Assembly (NCBI GenBank): GCA_010909165.1
Contig: MU008158.1
Span: 1,699,478 to 1,763,477, forward strand
DNA length: 64,000 bases
Reading direction: 5' to 3'
From: Anthoceros angustus
Lineage: Eukaryota > Plantae > Anthocerotophyta
A program made the position numbers and the translations under genes. Every line of letters begins with the position of its first letter. Position 1 is the stretch's first letter. Of this stretch, positions 11,708 through 23,984 are shown piece by piece. A model generated the notes under the pieces. That model was not told the origin of the DNA. It saw only the letters and a program-made list of their open reading frames with translations, and did no database searches.

Positions 11708-13354
11708 ATGGGAGTGATGCGCAAGGACGATCGGCAGACCGGCACGCCGCAATCGCGGGCCGACGGCGTAAGTGTGCGCCGGAAGAAGGCGGAGTTGGTG
11801 TTCCCCAAGGCCTACGACACGGTCCCGGTGCCTCCCAAACGCACCATCCCGCTCTCCAGCATCGACAGGCTGCTCACCATCCCCGTCTTCACCGTCTTCA
11901 TCTACAGCCACGGGGGAGACGAGGCCTACGGCAGGCTCAAGGACGGGCTGGGGAAGCTCATGTGCACGTGGGACGCCCTGGCCGGGAGCCTGCAGCCCAA
12001 TCCCGTGACCGGGAAGCTGGAGGTTGCGTGCTGCAACCAGGGCGCGCCCATGGTGGAAGCCTCCGTGGGCATGGCCGTCCGCGACATCGGCGACTTCGGC
12101 GACAAGCCCATCTACGACTTCTACCACCACTTCCTGCCCGTGCATCTGCTGCCGCCGCCCGGCACTCCCGTCTCACGCATTCCACTCTTCCTCGCGCAGG
12201 TATCTGGATGGAATCGGGTAACCTGCAGCACTGAGATAAAAAACCCCCTCCGGACTCCCGACGATGACGATCCTGACGCGGTCGCTGCTTGAAATGCTTG
12301 CCTGCAGGTTACCCGATTCTCCTGTGGCGGATTCGCTCTGGGCATGGCCAACTCGCACTGCATCGCGGACGGCATCTCTGCCTGCCTGCTCCTCAACACC
12401 TGGTCGGCGATCTGCCGGGGGGTTCCTGCCTCCCAGCTCGCCGTCCCTCTCATGGACGGCAGCATTCTGTACCACAAGAGCAGGCACCCCGACCTGGGGA
12501 TCAAGCATATCGCCCACACCGACCACGAGGGCGGGAACATCGCGATGGGCAGCGCCTGGGCCGAGACGTCGATGTCGGAGACGGGGTCGGAATCGGATCC
12601 GGATCCGGATCCGGAGTCGGAGCTTCACGACCACCCAGATGTAGAGAAACCGGAATCGTCTGCACTGCAGCACTCGGCCGTCATCCCAGCGTCCGAGATC
12701 GTGTACTTCAAAGTCCCGCTCCCGGGCAAGGTGATCAAATCGCTGAAAGAGGAGGTGCGCAGCAGCGGCCACATGGACAGATTCTCCACCTTCGACGTGG
12801 TGGCAGCCCACATCTGGCGGTCCCGGGCCAAGGCAGTGGGCTTCGCGGATCCATCCGCCATCCTCAACCTCCGCTTCACGGTCGATTTCCGGCCGCGCGT
12901 TGTGCCGCCTCTTCCCCCGACCTACATTGGCAACGGGCTGTGGACGGCGACGGCCCGCTGCTCCGCCGACGACCTCACTCGGAATTTCTCCCTCCCTCAG
13001 ATCGTGGGCCTGGTGCGGCAGGCCAAGGCCACCGTCGACGATGCCTTCGTGCGCAACATGCTGGAAGCTCTGGAGGGTGCAGTGGACCTTTCGCAGCTGG
13101 TCTCGGATCCCCAAACCACCACGGTGATCACAGACTGGAGGGGGCTGCCGTTTGAAGATGTGGATTTCGGGTGGGGAGTCCCTGACTTCTTCACCCCCGT
13201 CAGGCTTCCGGGACAGGTCGAAACTCCCGTGCAGATTGCCAGGGGATCCAGATCCGACTTCCGCCAAGGAAGCCTTGTCCTCGGTTTGGGGCTCACGCCC
13301 GAGCAACTGCCTCGTTTCCAGCGGCATTTGATCGATGATGTTCTGTTTAACTAG
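11708..13354 (+). CDS. BAHD acyltransferase, 2 exons (11708-12199; 12308-13354)
   Basis: LAG.L N-terminal motif, typical 'Q|VT' intron, HXXXD (HCIADG), DFGWG (VDFGWG). Confidence 0.93.
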
Positions 13355-13759
13355 TTAACTTTTGCTTTAGGAACTAACTGTGTCTAACTCTGCGTCCTGT
13401 CTGGCTTTCTCGTGTCCAGGCTCCACTGTTTCTTGTTTTAGGCGAGCCGTTGAAATAGGTTGGGTGAAGTCATTTCCCTCATCTGTCTCTGTCTCCATTC
13501 TTGTGTTAAATTTACCTCCTGAATATTGGAGCTTCATGCATAAATTGTACAGAGCAACGCAAAAGAAACTCCTCCACATAAAAAGCCTCCCTCCCTGAAG
13601 ACTCCAACGCGAAGAGACTCTGCCCATGAAAAAGCTCCCTGGAGGCTCCTTCAAATCAAACCAAGGTTCAACCAGGGCGCCCAATGCTTTAGGGTTTAGA
13701 ATTTAGGGTTCAAGAGTTAGGGCATGTCTCCGATACCACACGAACATCGTTGGTGGAAC

Positions 13760-14910
13760 ACGTCTTCTAACCCTTACCCAGGCAGAGACAGAAATGACGG
13801 ATTGCCTGTAGGTAATTGCAACCTTGCAACGCTACACACGACATGGCAGTCGAGATAATTCCTTCTCTTGTCACGATGTACAGAGTCCAATTCTCCAGGA
13901 ATGGTGCGACTGCAGGCATAATCTCGGAGGCTGCAAGGTCAACGTTCAAGAGCACAACCCACAAGACACGCCAAGTGGGTGGAAGCTGGCATGTCTATCC
14001 AGTCTCAAAAGTGCGTCAGTCAACCAGTCACAGATCACGAAGAAGTCAGCTTGAGAGAACCTGGTGTCACTAGAACTCAACTGTAGTCCCCTTGCAATCC
14101 GTATGAAACGAGGACACCCCATGTTTCAACATCAGACCAACACGTTTTGAAGCTCAGACAGTTCAATGCAAGGCTCTAAGTGTTTACCACGCGTTGGTAA
14201 CCTTGATTCTGCCACGCTGGTTTATTCTCCAACTGTGATCTCCACAGCCCCAACTTTCAACAGCTCGTATGATTGACAGTAGCTACGCTTACCACCTGTC
14301 AAATCAATTCTAATAACCATTTTCCATCGCCAGCCTCGGTGACAACAAGCAACCATCCCCAGCCACAACGAAAACATAGTCCTTCCAGACTTGCAAAAGT
14401 GGGATCTTCATCCTTCAGCTCTAAGATTCCACAACGTAATCCTGTGCCGTGCCATCGAGCCATTTTCAAGACCAGTTGCATTGCACACCATCAAAGTTTT
14501 CAAACCAGTGGACGTTTTAAAAGGGCCCACAGTCGGACACATCAGAACTTCAGACGCATACTCAAAATTCCAAACCGAAGTATCCTGAAGGTTCCAGATG
14601 AAGCAAGGTGGAAGAGGACAAACCTACGTGGTGAGTCCAGAACACCAAAAACAGGATTTGACTGTTACAAGGTCAGACAAAACACCAATACCCTATAAAG
14701 CAGCATAAGAGTTAGAATCAACGAAACAGGACGATAGTGTGCTCCTTTAAACGAGAAGGCGGAAGGTGGAATCAGCATCCTCGAAAACGGACAAGAATGG
14801 GAGCGACCACTGCTTAGATTCAAGAACTGGGCATCCTCCGCGCGTGCGCATCACGATGTGTCTGGATAGATAGGATTAGACATCTAGGAGCAGACATCGA
14901 GACCGAGGGG
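13760..14910 (-). pseudogene. Possible decayed F-box/LRR-type gene
   Basis: Broken minus-strand translation near 14800-14900 reads LDV-LLDV*SYLSRHIVMRTR...SKQW (F-box-like spacing), followed by Leu-rich fragments with many stops; weak evidence. Confidence 0.25.
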
Positions 14911-15805
14911 GGGGTTCCTGGCGCCGAAAACTACGGAAGGAGGACGCCAAGTTGCCTTTATGAGCCCCGCCATGGCTAACAAAATCGTTATCCTTTTTTC
15001 AGTTCCAAGGAGAACGATAAGGATTATCCTTATTACCAATCGTTATCCTTACTACTTTGTGTGTCTGGCGCCCATCACCTGGCAGCTGCCTTGGCCCAAA
15101 GCACCAAAGCACCAAAGCACCACTAGGGATCAGAGGTCGCAAGTTGGGCTTCCGAAAATGGAGATGTGTACACTCCCCGACCTGTAGGTACACGGCTACA
15201 CGCCCTAGGCCTACGGCTCCGAGCTCTGCACTGGATTTTCACTATCCAAGCACAGGCTCCAGTTCTTCCTTACTCTATTATCAGGTACAAAGTCTAACTT
15301 CCTCAAACAAGTAACTCATATCACTCATACCTCGGCACCCTGATTACACGATTACACGCCGCTCATTAGAATGCGTTAGGGCATAGGGCCCTAGGGACGG
15401 GTACCGCGTACGAGTGGCGGGTCCCATCTGGGAGTTTAATATGCGTGTTTGTATGATTAAGCTGCATCTTATACCTAGTAGGTAATGGCGCGGGATGCGA
15501 TTAGGATGCATCTTGTTAGATGAGGAGTGGTGGTTTCTCATGACCTTTGACCCACAGTGCACGCAAGTTTTTCAAGAGGTGTGATGCAATTTGAATGGAT
15601 GGGGAGACTTTAATATATATAAAAAAAGTAATAAAAAAGAGATAAAAATTCATCTACTCTAAGAGAAGAGGAAAAACCTTAGGAGGACACCAGATCAGAC
15701 CATGAGGGAATATCTGCAATCTTGTAAGTGCATATTCCGCCCCACTATCAACAATCTTGTAAAATGTCTATTCCGCCAAGGATATCAAAATCGGAGATAT
15801 GAAAA

Positions 15806-15927
15806 GGCCTACCCACCACCGATGCCAGGCCTACCCACCACCAGTGCCGCCAAAGAAGCCAGGCCTACCCACCACCAGTGCCGCCAAAGAAACTAGGCCT
15901 ACCCACCACCAGTGCCGCCGAAGAAGC
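15806..15927. repeat. 34-bp tandem repeat (ggcctacccaccaccagtgccgccaaagaagcca) x3 plus a 22-bp partial
   Basis: Units start at 15806 (partial), 15828, 15862 and 15896. Confidence 0.9.
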
Positions 15928-17046
15928 TGCCTGCCCTGCGCTTGCCGTCGCGTGCGAGTGTGGAAGTGTGATCCCATGAGTACGAGTATGGTGGCCCCTC
16001 GGGCCTCGGGGTACACTCGAGTTTGTTTGAGTGAAAATGGGGCACACTGATTGTGTTTCCTTTGCGCGCGGAATTAATGGCGGTGCTAAAGATATTCACG
16101 TGTTCGAATTTAAGAGGATTAATGAAATGGTCCTTCAGCTGTGCGGTGCGTATGGAGTAATAAAAGCAAGTATCGCGCCCTACGGTCCTGCACATGGCAA
16201 ACTTGCGTGCCCTTAATCGGAGCGGATCCACCCCATTTCCTAAATGGAGAGGATCCACCCAATTTGGGGCGATTTTCTTTTCTATGGAGTGAGCAAATGA
16301 GAGATCTGAAATCAAGTCGATTTTGAATTGAATCACTCCCTCCACCTACTCTATATTACTCAAGTATTTTATTATTAAATTTAAATATATTCTATAAGTA
16401 TATCACTACCTGCTCAAAGACACATGTACAATAGCCAGTGATGCCACATCAAATAACCAGGTACAATTGATAGGAGTTTGCTCTCTTCTTCCGGGACCCA
16501 ATACTTACCTCTATCCTCTTAAGGGTCTCCCGCCACACCTCTATGCTGTATCAAAGGCCGCTGGCCTACACTTCCACGCTATAGCCAAAAGCCTTCGACC
16601 TTCTATTTCTCCTAATAGACGCTACAAACACACTTCACCGAGTTCTTATTGTAGGTTTTTTAGATTTCATACTTCCCGATTGTGCGTATTATTTTCCTTC
16701 ATATGGACTTCCTATAGCTCTACTTATGCTGGTACTCAGCATGGGCTTTACCAAAATACTGACAACTCTCTTTGTCAGGTATCACCCTACCTTACTGTCC
16801 TCATATCGAAAAACTTGAAAGATGAAAAGCAATGGTTACTTTACTACCCATTTACAAAGGCACTTTTCGTAGTAGATCTTTTTTTATCATTTAGATCCAT
16901 ACAAAATATATATCATGGATGTTGTTTTGGCGAAGGGTGGTTTTTACGTAAAAAGGATGGGTTGAGTATATGTATGCATCTTGGTATGCCACCTTGCACA
17001 ATTCTTTACATCATGTATGTATAGAAAGCAAGACCGGGGTATACGA

Positions 17047-17093
17047 TTTAGGGTTTAGAGACCAGTCCCTAAACCTTAAACCTTAAACCCTAA
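17047..17093. repeat. Interstitial telomere-like repeats in inverted orientation
   Basis: tttagggtttag ... ccctaaaccttaaaccttaaaccctaa; another tttagggtttagaatttagggtt tract lies at 13688-13710. Confidence 0.7.
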
Positions 17094-17569
17094 GACCAAA
17101 TCACTTCTAAGACAAGGTTTTTCTTTATCATAAGACAAGTTTAATGATGCTGAAATATTTTAGTTCAAACGGTTTTTTCCTTCAACATTATAAAAATTTT
17201 ATGATTTTAGTGGATCACATATTTCAAATTATGTATTAAAAATGAGCACCATTTCTCTTGTGTTATGCATACTGTTTGAAGAGCCTTACCAAAACAAAGC
17301 CTAATGACATTGTTGTTTAAGATACCTTACATCAAAGTCCTATTAGGAACCATACAACAAATAACTTTATGACCTAGAACATACATAGTAGGCCCATACA
17401 TCAGAGAGCTCACTAGGAACTAATTCAGTTTGACAAAAGGCCCATACATTAGAGAGAGTAATGAGGACTAAGAAAGGTTGGGATAGTAACTCTATTCTAC
17501 AAATCCCACATAAATCATTAACCCCAGAATCACCAACCCACTCAAATCGAGTCTTTTGACACACATGCT

Positions 17570-17659
17570 TTTTAACAGTGTGCACAATGTTTGACCCACG
17601 TTCTTTACCAATGTGCACAATGTTTGACCCATGTTCTTTAACAGTGTGCACAATGTTTG
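17570..17659. repeat. 33-bp tandem repeat x~3
   Basis: The tgtgcacaatgtttg core recurs at 17579, 17612 and 17645. Confidence 0.9.
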
Positions 17660-17765
17660 TATGACACTATTTCATGTTGAGGTGGCCTTTAGAGGAGATT
17701 TCTGCCCTCTACATTACAAAAAGTAATTAAAAACTTTTGACCAATTTATCCAATCAAAACATGAG

Positions 17766-18005
17766 AGAATCTTCTAAAACACTTACAAACGCTTCAAGAA
17801 ACAAAAGCCATGAAAGAATCTTTTAAAACACTTGCAAATGCTTCAAGAAACAAAAGCCATGAAAGAATCTTCTAAAACACTTGCAAATGCTTCAAGAAAC
17901 AAAAGCCATGAAAGAATCTTCTAAAACACTTGCAAATGCTTCAAGAAACAAAAGCCATGAAAGAATCTTCTAAAACACTTGCAAACGCTTCAAGAAACAA
18001 AAGTC
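17766..18005. repeat. 49-bp minisatellite x~5
   Basis: aagaatcttctaaaacacttgcaaatgcttcaagaaacaaaagccatga; gaatc recurs at 17767, 17816, 17865, 17914 and 17963. Confidence 0.95.
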
Positions 18006-19137
18006 ATTACCACCATATACAGATCTAATGGTCAAGGGTTTTAAAGCGTTGAAAAGGCCTTTTTTTGGACTATGTTCCTTATTTTTTAGAAAAAATGATA
18101 TATTTTGAGGAAGTATAATAAAATATTAATTTATTTTTGACATAAAAAATTCATAGATTTTTTATATTGATAATATTTTGATGATATTTTGATAAATATA
18201 ATATTTTGATAATATTTCTATAAATATAAGTTTTTGATAATAAAGGGCTAGTGTCGCTTGGCTTGATGTGGGCCCCACAGAGTTGTTCTTTTCATGCATA
18301 TTTATAAAGTCTTTACGTTCTCTTTGAATAATAAAATAAAACTGTATATTTACAAAGTCTCCACCTTTTCTTTAAATAAATAAAAAATAAAAATGTTTTA
18401 TTTCACTATATCAATAAAATATTTTAAGTTTTAACTTAACTACCTAGGTAGGTACGAGGTACCTATATTGTAAGAGATCGAAATTAGGCCGATCGAAATT
18501 TGAACAGAACGGGGATGTTGTCGGAGAACAGAACCGGGATATCGACAACTGAAACTCAGACACCATCGCGTATCGAAATGTACAGAGGTAGTGCATTTCT
18601 TCTAACCACTTGTGCTGCAAGCTTCCAGGACTTCCTGGAGCAGTGGCTGTGGAGGGAATTCGCTGCCTGTTCGGTGCAGCCGTCAGCGCTGAAGCCCCCC
18701 GCCTGGCTGCCCGCGTCTCCGTCTGATTGCTCTACGCTCCGACTCGTATCTTGGTCCAATGTCCGTCTCCTGCAGCGCATCACGGCGGGGCGCCTCCGTG
18801 TCGGCGCCGCTCGCTTCGCTCCTGTGACGATCTCCTTTCGCCTGTCTGCCGCTTTAATGTGAGGCACTTACGGTAGGCTCTTGCTCCCCGCCGCCAATGT
18901 CTGCTGCCTGCGGCATGTGGCCGTTTCTTGGCCAATTGCACGCAATCACGGAGGAAAGAGTTGCTTTGCTGTCAACATACCGTGTACATGCATTTGAAAT
19001 TTGTGTGTCGTGCCGCAGGAGCCATGGAGAGTGAGAGGAAGCGTTGCCGAATGGAGCGTTTTGTGCCGCCTGTGCTTCGCCACCTGCTCCGCGCTCCACC
19101 GGCTTGAGGTTTCAAGAAGTTCTGTTAGGTTTTGGAT

Positions 19138-21282
19138 ATGGATCGGATCAGAGACCAAGAATCTGTTGCCGCGGCGTTGGCGCGGCAGCAAGGTGTGCCG
19201 GATCGTTGGCGTTATATCCCCCCCTACTGCAATGGCTATGGGTCAGTGACTGGTAGGGCGTATGGTGTGCCCTTCCTTCATGCGCAGGCTCCGCAGAACT
19301 ATGTTCTTTATAGTCACCTTCGGGCTCCTCCCCCTCAGTATCCTTCAATCTCGCCTCTTCACCAGGTTCCTTCATACTTATCTGTTCCATCGTATCCTGC
19401 GTCACCCTTCCAGCCACCTCTGTCAACACTACAGGTGCCACCGCCTCCGCCTCCGCCTCTTCAAGGTTCCCCTCAGTTCCCTGCTGTTTCGCATCTGCCC
19501 GCGTCCTCTCTCTCTCAACGTGTCAATCATTTTGTGGCAACAGCTTGTCCACATCCTTCCTACTCTCGGCCTTCATATGCTTCACCTAGCCTGCCGTTTG
19601 TCTGTAAGATGGAAGAACCAGTGTCTAGTATCTGGGCCCGAGATTACGTTTCATTGAGTCCTCCTCCTCCACTGGCGGAGTATCCGAGTTGTGTGAAGGC
19701 GGAACCTGTGACTCTTTCAGATGTTGTCAAGACAGAGCCTGTGAGTTTTCAAGCTCCATTGACTGTCAAGACGGAACTGGTGGAAGTGAAAACAGAGAAG
19801 CAGGAAATTATGTATGACGACGACATGGAGTTGGAGGAGGATGAGGATTACGACGATGTTCGTCTGCTGGACCACCTGTGTGACGGGATGATTGTACATG
19901 GCGTTTGTCAATGCCAGGCACAGCCTGCAGATGCGGCAGGGGTATCACCCAGGCCACACCCTCTTGTGGTGAAGAGCTCAGTGGTATGTAAAGAGGAAGT
20001 GATAGACCTTTCAAGTGGCAGTGTTTCTCCTGCCAGTGCTGCATCGTCTCCTCCCAGCTCTCCGGGAGAGATTGCCTCCCACTTGCTCAAGAAGTTGGAA
20101 GAGCTTGTCTCTGATTCAGCGGCAAGAGACCCTAGCAGTAGTGCTATTGTGATGGCACCTTCTGGTGGTGTCCCCGCAGACGAGCCATCGGTGGAGCCTA
20201 CAGTTCCGTGTCTTCCAGCTGCAACGGATACTGCTGAGGCTGTTTCTCAAGGGCGTCCTGGCTACGCAAGAAAGGCCAGGCGTCTTCTCAAGGGGAGGGA
20301 AGGAAGAGTCATTCAGCGGGCTTCGATGTCCGGAGGCAACTCCGATCTTGATGTACCGGCGCTTGAAGGAAAGCACCCCAGGAAGCGCAAGGAGATTGTT
20401 GCAAATGGATCTCCTGTACCAGTGGCCTCTCAACTTTCTACAGTAGACAAGATGCTTGAAGAAGGCTCGCTGGACCGTGCCATACGCTTGCCGAAGCTTG
20501 AGAAGGAGAACGAGATTACCGTGGACGATGCTTTCCGACAGGTTATTGAGGCGACCCGGGAGAATTTCGATAGGGTTCGGACGTTGATCCAGAAGGAATG
20601 TCAGGAAAACAAAGTGCAGATCAGAAGACCCGATTTGAAGGCGGCCTGGTTCATGAGGCGGAAAGGACTCTGGCTCAATTACAGTGATGTGGAGGGGCAA
20701 ATCAAAGGAGTGCGCGTGGGTGACGCATTCCCCTTCCGTATTACTCTGTGCGTCCTTGGATTGCATCGACATATTCGCGCCGGTATTGGCTACGTACCAG
20801 AGAAGGACTCGAAACACAAGGAGGCCTATGCTACCAGTGTAGTTATCGGGAAGGATAAGGTGTACAAAGATGATGTGGACAATGGCGAGACGGTGGTGTA
20901 CACGGGCCAAGGAGGACTCCTCGGCCGCGGAAAGGAGGCGTCGGATCAGAAGCTGGTCAGGGGTAATCTGGCACTGTGGAACAGCCACAAATTGAAAATC
21001 CCCATCCGCGTCATAAGAGGGCACTCCTGTCTCAGCAGTCCGTCGGGTGTTATGTATACTTACGATGGATTGTATGGGATAGTGGAGCGCTCTTTCGAGA
21101 GAGGGTTGAACGAAAGAATGGTTTACAAGTTTACGCTTCAGCGGCTGATGGACCAAGACCCACTGGTCCCTTTTGCTCCGGATGCTACACCTTTGCGGGC
21201 AATAACCAGCGCCAGCAGGGTGCAGTCGCTGCCTAATGCTATCTCGAGCTCGCTCTTGCTTAAGGGAACCGTGGAAGACTGA
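19138..21282 (+). CDS. SRA-YDG domain protein (SUVH-type SRA without pre-SET/SET), intronless ORF
   Basis: RRPDLKAA, G.I.GV.VGD.F, GLH....AGI.Y, YKDDVDNGETVVYTGQGG, DQKLVRGNLAL, PIRVIRG, YTYDGLY, VYKFTLQR; the stop follows ~40 aa after the SRA domain; long Pro-rich N-terminus. Confidence 0.9.
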   Translation: MDRIRDQESVAAALARQQGVPDRWRYIPPYCNGYGSVTGRAYGVPFLHAQAPQNYVLYSHLRAPPPQYPSISPLHQVPSYLSVPSYPASPFQPPLSTLQVPPPPPPPLQGSPQFPAVSHLPASSLSQRVNHFVATACPHPSYSRPSYASPSLPFVCKMEEPVSSIWARDYVSLSPPPPLAEYPSCVKAEPVTLSDVVKTEPVSFQAPLTVKTELVEVKTEKQEIMYDDDMELEEDEDYDDVRLLDHLCDGMIVHGVCQCQAQPADAAGVSPRPHPLVVKSSVVCKEEVIDLSSGSVSPASAASSPPSSPGEIASHLLKKLEELVSDSAARDPSSSAIVMAPSGGVPADEPSVEPTVPCLPAATDTAEAVSQGRPGYARKARRLLKGREGRVIQRASMSGGNSDLDVPALEGKHPRKRKEIVANGSPVPVASQLSTVDKMLEEGSLDRAIRLPKLEKENEITVDDAFRQVIEATRENFDRVRTLIQKECQENKVQIRRPDLKAAWFMRRKGLWLNYSDVEGQIKGVRVGDAFPFRITLCVLGLHRHIRAGIGYVPEKDSKHKEAYATSVVIGKDKVYKDDVDNGETVVYTGQGGLLGRGKEASDQKLVRGNLALWNSHKLKIPIRVIRGHSCLSSPSGVMYTYDGLYGIVERSFERGLNERMVYKFTLQRLMDQDPLVPFAPDATPLRAITSASRVQSLPNAISSSLLLKGTVED

Positions 21283-22591
21283 GGAGTCCGTCCCGTCATT
21301 GTTACGGTCCACTCAGGTTCAGACCTACTGTGGAGACGCGGTGTCCTGGGTATTATCTTTGCTGGTTATGTAACAACATAGCAACGCCGACAGACTGTAG
21401 CAATTTAGGTAACCTTTTCTGTCATCAAACTTTCGTCTGCCTTGTAAAGTATGTCAAATGCATGTACACTTCCAGATTTTGACGTTTTGTCGCGAATTCA
21501 CTTACAAACTTTGTTATTGGGCGCCGAGCTCTTTGAATGTTTGATTATGGCGACATGTACGTTTTCAAATTCCATAAGTGGGCAACGAGCTCTTGAGTGA
21601 CTCCTCCTCCCATGCTTTAATGTGCATTCATAAACATTCGCCCAAGGGCTCGAACGTTCATTTATGGCGAATTGAGAAGGTACATCTGCGTGAAATCCCC
21701 CACGCTGGTGGGCTGGTGAGAGAAGAGAGAGAAACGTAAGTCACTGAGGCACATGGGATGCCCATGCGTGCCCATGCGCGGCCGCGCGGGTGACATGCGC
21801 AGCACCGTGCGGCCAGACATCCTCCACATAGTCCGATGTTGCGGCCATGCCATAGGCGGGGGCGGCGGCACTGGCATCGCTAGCGAACGGTGAAGATAAC
21901 TTTACCAAACCTGGAGATTGGTAGCGCAAATGTATGTGGTCGTTCTTGATTCTTTATCGCCATTTTCGTGCTTGTTTCTTCATTCGGCTGTTTAGAATAG
22001 ATTATTCTATTAGGGAGAGTTTAGGATTTAAAATAAATCTTTTAACAGTTATTTGGTAGACCTAGATCTAAGATTTTGACATATTAAACAGGAAGACCCG
22101 AAGCTGGACACGTTTTATATTTTATAGATGTTAAATATTTCTTTGAAAAATCTACCCAAAAATCTATGCTATCGAGAGTTGTGTCAATGGCACTGCTAGT
22201 AGGTTGTTGTCCCTGACGATGATCGGTGGGAGTGGTTAATAGTTACAGGTTGCAGGTGAAGCAATGTGTGAGTTTCCTCACTAGGTGCGATTGACGCAAG
22301 AGTGAGCACGAATTTTATTATTGCCCTTTCGCTTTTACTATTTCGCATACCTTCTTTAGATGGCTGAGGGCCTTCCATGCACATGGCCTTATTTGGTATA
22401 GATGGCGTTTCCGGGAAGCCTTTTGGTTCTCTTTTGTTTGTGATGCCATTGGATGGATGAGGTGTATGGGAGGTGGTCTTGTTCACGCCAAATGCTCTTC
22501 TATGTCAAGTTTGGCAACATGTCCTTTGAGCAAAAGAAGCATTGCGTAAGTGGAGGCCTAAGAGTAGTTTTGAAGTGTTAGATAGTGGTTA

Positions 22592-23984
<1,393 letters not shown>

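Noticed and set aside
12173-13327. 384-aa antisense ORF over the BAHD (likewise 20116-21312 over the SRA gene and the plus-strand ORFs over the PPRs)
   Set aside because: Shadow ORFs produced by GC-rich or repetitive coding sequence on the opposite strand; no recognisable motifs.
15799-16050. Extensin-like YPPPVPPKK protein
   Set aside because: The unit is 34 bp, so the frame shifts with every copy; no signal peptide or sustained ORF.
16480-16600. Minus-strand YSIEVWRETLKRIEV, resembling a LINE RT C-terminal fragment
   Set aside because: Too short and degenerate to call without a search.
17766-18005. Regularly spaced repeats resembling a CRISPR array
   Set aside because: Contiguous near-identical 49-bp units without unique spacers, no cas genes, eukaryotic context: a minisatellite.
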